From the NCBI GenBank assembly GCA_054661495.1, contig BAAFSQ010000335.1:1-10124 (forward strand): a DNA stretch of 10,124 nt. Reading direction: 5' to 3'. Of the stretch, positions 1-7,827 are shown in pieces. Position 1 is the first letter of the stretch; every line of letters begins with the position of its first letter. Source of the DNA: Zygophlyctis sp. KS116 (Eukaryota; Fungi; Chytridiomycota). Below the pieces are notes generated by a model. The model did not search any database. It worked only from the letters and a program-made list of their open reading frames with translations, and was not told the DNA's origin. The translations under genes were made by a program, and so were the position numbers.

Positions 1-1440
1 CGGTTATGCAGGGACCTCCTATGATGAATCAAAGGCCTCCCATTTCTCAAGGACCTCAAGTTATGCAGGGACCTCCTATGATGAATCAAAGGCCTCCTAT
101 TTCTCAAGGTCCTCCAGTTATGCAGGGACCTCCTATTATGAATCAAAGGCCTCCTATTTCTCACGGACCTCCAGTTATGCAGGGACCTCCTATTATGAAT
201 CAAATGCCTCCTATTTCTCAAGGACCTCCAGTTATGCAGGGACATACGATGAACCAAGGATCTCCTCCGATGAACCAAGGACCGCCCATGATGAATCAAA
301 GACCTCCTTTTTCTCAGGGACCGCCGAATAACCAAGGACCGCCCATGACGAATCAAATACCTCAAATGAAGCAAGGATCGCCTCAAATGAGTCAAGGACC
401 TCCCATGATGAATCAAAGGCCCCCCCTTATGCAGAGGCCACCGATAAACCAAGGTCCACCTCAAATGAATCAAGGACCTCCCATGATGAATCACGGACCT
501 CCCACGACGAATCAAAGGCCTCCAAACATGCAAGGTCCGCCGATGAACCCAGGACCACCAATGATGAATCAAAGACCTCCTTTTTCTCAGGGACCGCCTC
601 AGATTAATCAAAGGCCGCTAATGAACCAAGCATCTCCTCCACTGAGTCAAGGACCTCCCATGATGAATCAAAGAACCACAAGTAATCAACGTCCTCCAAT
701 TCCTCAAGAACAACAAGCTATGCCCGGATCACCAGTAAATCAGCGCTCTCCCGTCAGCTCTGAAACCTCCACTATGAATCAAAACCTGTCTGCTAATCAA
801 GGGCAATCAATAAATCACGGAATAACAACTATGAATGATAGAAATTCCATGAATAACATGCCTACAATAAATCAGCGACCGCCTGATAGTTTTGGCAATT
901 TTATGCCAGATAGCCAAAATGGTCACCACATTCAAGGGCAGCAAAACACTCAAAATATGTCGCATAGTGATCCTCCTGGAACAAAAAATCAGCCTTCATC
1001 CCAGAAATCTCCATGTATTTTTCCTCATTTTAATCAATAGATGGTATTAATGATGGATCTTCAGAATTTTCAAGAATAATAAATGGATTTGAAGGGAACC
1101 TTAGTTTATTAAAAGGAAATGGCGACCTGGTATGAATATTTCTACTCACATGTAGTCGCAAAAACGGATGCTGGAAGATGCTGAAAAGAGATTGAAGACT
1201 CTTTTTGAACAATTAAAAAATAATCAGCTTCCAGAGGATATTGTGGCTGCACTATTAGAAATATTGAATGGTATGTCAATTTACATTTAAAGTCAAGGTC
1301 TGGAATCGCGGGATTTTGCTCGCTCAAGCCAAATTCAAATTGAATTGATGACACGTCGCTTTGATAAAACCGGCTCTTGGATAATGGGGATCAAGAGAGT
1401 TATTGATTCCATGGAAAAGTTCCATGGGCAGCAGCGATAG
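1..1440 (+). CDS. 5'-truncated Pro/Gln/Met/Asn-rich protein with a C-terminal SRA1/Sec31 helical domain (Sec31-like COPII subunit or SRA1-like protein); exons <3-1014, 1041-1129, 1156-1270, 1298-1440
   Basis: The frame is open from the window edge. Removing GT-AG introns 1015-1040 (26 nt), 1130-1155 (26 nt) and 1271-1297 (27 nt) gives ...SQKRMLEDAEKRLKTLFEQLKNNQLPEDIVAALLEILNGLESRDFARSSQIQIELMTRRFDKTGSWIMGIKRVIDSMEKFHGQQR* (TAG 1438-1440). This matches the recalled Sec31/SRA1 C-terminal pattern (KRxLxDxxKRLxxLF...WMxGxKRxI) following a Pro-rich region. The N-terminus is outside the window, so Sec31 versus SRA1-like is unresolved. Confidence 0.8.
3..243 (+). repeat. Coding tandem repeat, 57-nt unit (19 aa, about VMQGPPMMNQRPPISQGPP), 4 near-identical copies plus a partial copy; degenerate copies continue to about 700
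   Basis: GTTATGCAGGGAC recurs at 3, 60, 117, 174 and 231 (period 57). The array probably extends upstream of the window. Confidence 0.95.
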
Positions 1441-1477
1441 TATAGTTTGTCACCCACCCCTACTTAAGAGATAAAGG

Positions 1478-2919
1478 ATGAATAGGAGAGTTGTTGTCAC
1501 TGGTCTTGGGTCTGTAAATCCTCTTGGGAATTCTGTATTATTGAGCTGGAATAGACTTCTTGAATCTAAATCAGGCATCGTTCGCAATGAGAGATTTTCC
1601 ACAGATCAGCTAACATCCAAAGTAGCCGGGCTTTGTAATCCAGCAGTCCCTGACGATGATCGATTGTTTTCTCCTGCCGTGAATTATGCACTGGAAGCAG
1701 CCAAGGAAGCTATCAGCGATTCTTCACTTGAACTTGATCAGACAAATCTTGAGAGTGTCGTAAATTATATCATGGTAATCGTAGGGAGTTTGTGTTGGAT
1801 CTGGGATAGGAAACATTGACGAAATATACAAAACTTCAACGATAGTTAATGAATCTGTAATTCATATAATTAACTGGAAGGGGATCAGAAAAATCAGTCC
1901 GTTTTTTGTTCCGAAGGTTCTTATTAACCAGGCTGCTGGAGCTATAAGCTGTAAATATGGATTCAAGGTATTTTTAACTTTTGTATTAAGGAATGGTAGG
2001 GACCAAATCATTCTGTTGGTACTGCATGCACGACAGGCGCACATGCAATTGGGGATGCAATGAGATTTATACAGTATGGTATCTTTGAATTTATATTTAA
2101 ATAAAGGTGATGCCGATATAATGATCGCTGGTGGAACTGAAGCTGCAATATGCCCCCTTGCAATCGCTGCATTTGGAAAGTATGTATTCATAAATTTTAA
2201 ATTGATAGAGCACGTTCCCTCTCAACCAAATTCAATGATCATCCTGAAGCGGCATCTCGGCCTTTTGATAAAGACAGAGATGGCTTTGTTATCAGTGAGG
2301 GTGCTGGTATCATGGTACTGGAAGAATACGAGCATGCTAAAAGAAGAGGGGCTGAAATTTATGCTGAAATAATTGGGTATGGTTTAAGTGGAGGTATTGG
2401 AAATTATGTTTATTATAGATGCATATCATGCTACTGCGCCTTGTCCAGATGGAGATGGTGCTTATAGATGCATGAAGAGAGCTCTCCAGGTAGCCAATAT
2501 CAGGCCTGATGAAATTGACTATATTAATGCTCATGCTACTTCAACAGTTTTAGGTTTATAATTGTCGTCTTAATTTTCCAGGGGATTTAGCTGAAACAAG
2601 GGCCATCAAGAGACTTTACGGGGATAAAGCTTCAGTCATGATATCTTCTACAAAAGGTGCATTAGGACATTTGCTCGGAGCAGCTGGTGCTGTTGAAGCT
2701 ATTTTTACTGTATTATCGGTTTTTTCGCAATCCGTTCCTCCAACGTTAAATGTGATAAATCCAGGAGACGAATTTGACCTGGATTATGTTCCTCTTACTG
2801 CACGGCATCTGAAAAACTCATTGAGAAGATCTGGTGTCGGACTTGGGATACAGTATGGACTGACCAATTCTTTTGGTTTTGGAGGAACAAACGCTTCCCT
2901 CATTTTTAAACGCATTTAA
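1478..2919 (+). CDS. CEM1: Mitochondrial-type 3-oxoacyl-ACP (beta-ketoacyl) synthase, FabF/OXSM/Cem1 family, about 416 aa; exons 1478-1759, 1785-1856, 1881-1967, 2000-2078, 2107-2179, 2209-2393, 2419-2553, 2582-2919
   Basis: Seven GT-AG introns (25, 24, 32, 28, 29, 25, 28 nt) give one continuous frame. It contains [40 protein letters not shown] (catalytic Cys 2027-2029), [27 protein letters not shown] (His 2532-2534), [14 protein letters not shown] (His 2668-2670) and [12 protein letters not shown]. The Cys-His-His triad is intact. Confidence 0.95.
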
Positions 2920-2974
2920 ATCATTTCAAACTAGGATTTATTTTTTTTGCCAAGTCAAGTAAATTCCTAAAAGC

Positions 2975-4920
2975 CTAAACATCACCGGCAGCTTTTCGGT
3001 CAGCTTCCGCCATTGCCTTGTTGATAGCGCTTACGGCTTCATCAACACGTTCTTTGAGAGTTTCTGGTGATTCCAAAAGGTGAAGAAGTTCAGAATTATC
3101 CATTTCCAATAACATTCCAGTCACTTTACCAGCATACTGAGCACTTGAATGAGCTTGAACAAGATGGAAGAGATTTTCTCCTAAGAATCGCTTTTGTTGA
3201 TCCATAGGCATTGATGCTAACATGGCTGAATTGATTACTGGTTTTGATTCACCAGCATTTCCTTGAGGGGCATTTCTGGTGTTGGGTGTGTACTTGAAAC
3301 CACCCCTTCCTCTTCCAGCAGAGACATTAGGAGGCATACCCATAGCATTAGATTGTGGCATGTTTCCTTGGCTAGATCGGGCGGTACCAGTAGGACGAGT
3401 GGGTCGAGATTGTGGTCTCATTGAGGGATTCATTCCACCTTGGGCAGGATAGGGTCCAGGCATTCCAGGTCCACCATATCCGGCTGGCATAGGAGGCATT
3501 TGGGGGGCACCAGGTCCATTCCATGGTCTATTTCTTGGCACCATTCCTTGCTGAGGGAAGAAACCTCTTTGCTGCATTTGAGGTGGCATGGGCTGTCCGG
3601 GGTAGAACATTGGTGCTCCAGGATATGGCATACCAGGCATCATTGGTTGTTGCATTCTCATCTGAGCACGTTGTTGCATCTGGACTGCTAACTGTTGACG
3701 ACGAATATCTTTACGCTGGGCCAAACCAACATAAATAGGCTTTCCAACAAACATACGGCCATTCATTTCAGTCACAGCCTTGGTAGCTTCATCAGGAGAG
3801 CTGAAGCAAACAAATCCAAATCCACGAGAAGCACCAGTTTTATCATCCCGCATAATTTTAGCAGAAGAGATAACCCCATAAGTGGAAAATTCTTGTCTAA
3901 GTTTCTCGTCATCAACGGAATCGTCCAAATTCTTAACAAAAAGATTAACTCCTTGATACTTGGATAGCTTTTCTTCTCTTTCTTTTTCATATTGCTGGCG
4001 GAGTTCTTCTTCTCTTTCCATTTTGGATTGAGCCCGTCCAACATAGAGAGCTTTTCCCTTGACTTCCTTTTCATTCATTTCATCAGTAGCCTTTTGAGCA
4101 TCTTCATGATTTTCAAAATTGACAAAACCAAATCCTTTAGACTTTCCATTTTCATCAGCAGATACCAATGCAGATGTAATTTTTCCAAATTTAGTGAATA
4201 ATTCCATAAACTCTTCGTCATTGATGGATTCGTCCAAATTCTTGACATAGACATTTGTAAATTTAGCTCTTGCTTCTTCAGAAACAGCCATACGATCACG
4301 TTTAGCCTGATGAAGTCCAACAAAAACTATACGATCATTCAAAAGCATTCCATTAACATGTTTAATGGAATTCTCTGCAGCTTCAATAGTATCAAAATGA
4401 ACAAAACCATAACCTCTGGATTTTTCACCTTCTCCAGCAACTTTGCAAGAAAGTATATTACCAAAAGCGGAAAAAGTATCATGCAAAGCCTTGTTATCAA
4501 TTGCTGGATCAAGATTCTTAATAAAAATATTTCCAGCTCCAGTTTTTCTTAGAGTAGGATCTCTTTGAGACCACATTATTCTAATTGCACTACCTTTGAG
4601 TTCATGGTAGTTCAAAGCTTCTAAAGCTCTTTCAGCTAATTTTTAGAAATTTCCAACTTACCATCATCCATGGCATGAAAATTGACATAAGCATAACCAA
4701 GCGATCGACGAGTCGCAGTATCTCTACAGACTCTGATAGATGCAACAGGTCCGATAGAGTTAAAGATTTCAAAAAGCATTGCTTCAGTAACAGAGGGATC
4801 CAATTGTCCGACATACAAGGAAGCAGGGGGAGGTGCATTGCTAGAGGCAATTGCAGCAGGTGACTGAGAAGTCGAGGGTTGACTGTTTGAGACAACAGGA
4901 GTTTCTTGAACTTGGGCCAT
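2975..4920 (-). CDS. PAB1: Cytoplasmic poly(A)-binding protein, about 639 aa (4 RRMs, Pro/Met/Gln-rich linker, C-terminal MLLE/PABC domain); exons 4920-4662 and 4635-2975
   Basis: One 26-nt intron (4661-4636, GTAAGT...TTAG) joins [21 protein letters not shown]...[11 protein letters not shown]...DD to [30 protein letters not shown]1 motifs [16 protein letters not shown] and RGFGFVCF follow, then [11 protein letters not shown]. Confidence 0.98.
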
Positions 4921-4921
4921 T

Positions 4922-4946
4922 CTATGATTTTAAAGATGAAAATTAC
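4922..4946 (-). other. Candidate 25-nt intron in the PAB1 5'UTR, ending 1 nt before the ATG
   Basis: The minus strand reads GTAATTTTCATCTTTAAAATCATAG|A|ATG. Its size, GTA donor, TTAA branch-like motif 8 nt from the end and TAG acceptor match the coding introns. No reading-frame test is possible in a UTR. Confidence 0.65.
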
Positions 4947-4975
4947 TTTTTTTTTTATTTTTTTTTTAAATTTTT
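4947..4975 (-). promoter_or_regulatory. Oligo(A) tract upstream of PAB1 (A5-T3-A10-T-A10), a putative PABP autoregulatory sequence
   Basis: T-runs at 4947-4956, 4958-4967 and 4971-4975 on the + strand. A-rich 5'UTRs are a known feature of PABP mRNAs. The transcription start is unknown, so it could instead be a promoter poly(dA:dT) element. Confidence 0.55.
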
Positions 4976-5150
4976 AAACCCCAAGCCTCCTGATAATTTA
5001 CAACGCCACTCGAGGCCCTAAAACTAAATCTAAAAATAGCCTTTATTGTAGATCCGTGGCTTAATGGTGCACTTTTAAATTGAAAGAGTTTTAAATACAA
5101 CCATGTTTTTCAAGTCTTAATTCCGAGACTGTCCCACACATATCCCCGAA

Positions 5151-6230
5151 ATGTCCAGTGTCCAATTTGACTATGAGAGCAAGTCTTCTTTGAGGTGGCT
5201 AGATATTCAGTTGGCTCAAGTTTATGCATCCATCTTTGGAGTATTATCATATTGGGGTGCTCATAATGTTTACTCTTCTTATTTAGGATGGAGAAAACGT
5301 CCACAAATGATATTCTTGCTAAACTTTTTACAAACAGCTTCACTATTTATTAAAACTGTATCTGCAACTATTTATGCTACATATTTTAATTTAAATTGTG
5401 CTCCAAGAGGTCCATTGGTTAATATACCATTGATGATTTCTTGGGATTTAATTTATGTCATGATGTTACTAAAAATACTCATATTCACTGAAAGAAAAAA
5501 GAGTGTGATTATGGTCTTTGCATTGGGAATATTGGCACATATTTCTGTTATAATTGCCGGTGTTGCGTTGCGTGTGTCATCAATGACGGCTAATTGGAGT
5601 TGTAAAGATGTTTATCCTCTAGTATATAAACAACAGTATGTAGTAGAGGTAATATAGTTTTTTTCAAGTTTTAAGATTATTTTGGAAGTTTTTGCAGTGT
5701 TTTATCTATTTGATGGACTCTTTTCAAAGCAACAAGGGACAATGTTTGCTCAAACAGTTGCGATTTTTAATCAATTAAAATCTAATGAAAATCTTCGGAT
5801 ATTTGCTGCGATTGTACTAGTTATCTCATTTTAATGTTTTTAGATTTTCATTATACTGAAAATTGCTCTTTCTTATGCTAATCCTCCTTTTGATACAAGG
5901 GCTCTGACGCATTTTATTGATTCATGTAGATCTGCAACTGTTTGCTGGGCTATTTTAAGAGAACCAAAAACAGTTCAAAAGGCAGTCGAGAAATCTAGAC
6001 AGAGTTCTATGCGGCCAATGGGTAAAGACAGCTTTGCAACAGGCGCAGCTTCTTCAAAAAGAAATTTTGGAGACTCTCCAGGGATTGTCTTGACATCTTT
6101 TGGGCCAATAGAAGAATGTGAATTTGAAAGTCAGGGATATAATCAATTAACTTTTCAATCTTCAATTGGACAAGATTCTGAGGCTGTTGAAATTCCTCTT
6201 GTATCAGCAGATACACTAGCAGGGGAATGA
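5151..6230 (+). CDS. Uncharacterised multi-pass membrane protein, about 340 aa, probably 7-TM (GPCR-like); exons 5151-5648, 5676-5813 (or 5819), 5844-6230
   Basis: Introns 5649-5675 (27 nt) and 5814-5843 (30 nt; alternative donor 5820 gives 24 nt) join the 168-aa and 73-aa ORFs through IILEVFAVFYLFDGLF...LRIFAAI and IFIILKIALSYANPPFDTRALTHFIDSCRSATVCWAILREPK. About seven hydrophobic segments and a polar Ser-rich tail. Confidence 0.75.
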
Positions 6231-6628
6231 ATTATACTAGAATCAGCTTTATTAGGTATGAAATATTTTTGCATTTTTCTTTCACGAGTTTGAATGAGCG
6301 TCCGGACAATTTTTTAAATGAATGCAAAACAAGATATTTGCTCCAAAAGATTTCAGTCTTTGTCAGTGTCCAAGTATCTAATTTATAGTGTTTAGTATTG
6401 ATTGTATTGCTAAGATCGTCGTTTCAGTCAATTCAGATTATTTGTTGGTTTCATCCAGCAAAAATTGGTAAACTACTACATCCTTTGGAATTTATTAGTC
6501 AAACTCAATCAAATTGAGACAATTTTAATGATTCTATGAATATTTGATTCATATCTAAAAATGTTCCTTTTTTAACAGCCTTTGCAAGGTAGTTTTGTTT
6601 GTTTACGACAACAATTGATTATCTAAAG

Positions 6629-7737
6629 ATGACCAGAGTCACATTTATCTTATGCATTACTACAAGTATCATGGCTGCACCTTTTAGCAGAGCAAACTTT
6701 CCAGGTTTCGGAGAAACAAGAGTCAATTCCGCATGGACAGCCATTGCTCTAAATGGCCAATCAAATCCTAGCTCAGATCCTGATGTATATGGATGCAATG
6801 ATCCTAATGATTGGGCTTTAACATATGATGATGGGCCAGGAGATAATACCGATGGTGTTCTTACTGCCCTTAGAGATCGAGGCGTCAAAGCGACTTTTTT
6901 TGTTGTCGGTCAACAAGTTGTTGAGTATCCCGATATTTTAAGAAAAATCTACAATGAAGGCCATGAAATTGCTCTTCATACTTGGTATATAGGTTAACGT
7001 TCTCACCATAGGTCGCACAAATCATTAACAGCATTATCAAATGATCAGATTATAGCTGAGATTGTATGGAATGCAAAAGCTATCAGGGATGTAATAGGCG
7101 TTGTTCCAAATGTTATTCGACCTCCATGTAAGCTTGATGAATTTTGATCACAGATGGCAACATTGATGGTCGGGTTCGTTCGGTATTGCAAGCCCTTGGT
7201 CTGAAAATCATTATATGGAATGTCGACACAAATGACTGGACTTATGCTGGAAGACCTAGTGGGGAAACATTATCCGGAATAACAAATGTTATAAACAGAT
7301 GCATCTCAGGATGTTCTAGTAAAAATCCCAGTCAGGGAGGGATTTTGTTGGAGCATGATTACCCTTATGCATTTGCGATTACAAATGTACTGGATATTAT
7401 GAGAGGCAGCAGATTCAATCTCAATACTGTTTCGCAATGTGTAGGAATTGAGCCATATAGTAGCAGCTGGCTCGATAGAATAGAGGGGATAACCATCCTT
7501 CCTCCACCAACAACCACTGTCGCCTCTTCAACTACGGTTACATCATCGAGCACATCTTTAGCCGTCACCACAAGAAATAGTCAATCTACTACTCAAACGC
7601 CGGTGTCAACGTCCCGTAAGGTTTATTTTTAGTAACATCTAGAACCACAAATCAATGCATCGTATGGGTCTAGCGACGGATTGTCGGCAATAGGGACGTT
7701 TTTATTGGTAGTATTCACGATCTTTCTCTACGTTTAA
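6629..7737 (+). CDS. Secreted, probably GPI-anchored chitin deacetylase (CE4/NodB polysaccharide deacetylase), about 342 aa; exons 6629-6984, 7012-7127, 7154-7615, 7643-7737
   Basis: Signal-peptide-like N-terminus MTRVTFILCITTSIMA. All five CE4 motifs are present: TYDDGP, HTWSH (formed across intron 6985-7011), RPPYG (formed across intron 7128-7153), DTNDW and LLEHD. A Ser/Thr stalk follows. Intron 7616-7642 gives the terminal QPQINASYGSSDGLSAIGTFLLVVFTIFLYV*, which resembles a GPI signal. Confidence 0.92.
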
Positions 7738-7827
7738 AAATGATCATGAACTTGAATTCTATTATTGAGTTTTGCATTTATTTTTTGGATCTGCCGACGC
7801 CTCTGAAACAAAATTAACCATGCAAAG

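Noticed and set aside
3-243. 57-nt repeats as a CRISPR array
   Set aside because: The repeats are head-to-tail with no unique spacers, in-frame coding, and in a eukaryotic context.
1030-2534. Minus-strand ORFs 1030-1212, 1142-1354, 1862-2191 and 2337-2534
   Set aside because: They lie opposite well-supported spliced exons and run through introns.
2806-2853. About 10 extra residues ([13 protein letters not shown]) near the CEM1 C-terminus as a possible unspliced intron
   Set aside because: No frame-preserving GT-AG pair is present, so it is treated as a loop insertion.
1478-2919. CEM1 as a frameshifted pseudogene or a bacterial fabF transfer
   Set aside because: Every frame break is explained by a GT-AG intron and the catalytic triad is intact. 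Starting directly at RRVVVTG without a presequence is, as I recall, also true of yeast Cem1.
3440-4895. Several short ORFs antisense to or out of frame within PAB1 (for example 3440-3691, 3695-3967, 3772-4074, 4075-4323, 4632-4895)
   Set aside because: They are shadow ORFs of a conserved CDS and show no motifs.
5103-5120. Five-codon uORF (MFFKS*) before the 7-TM gene
   Set aside because: The transcription start is unknown and such ORFs are common by chance.
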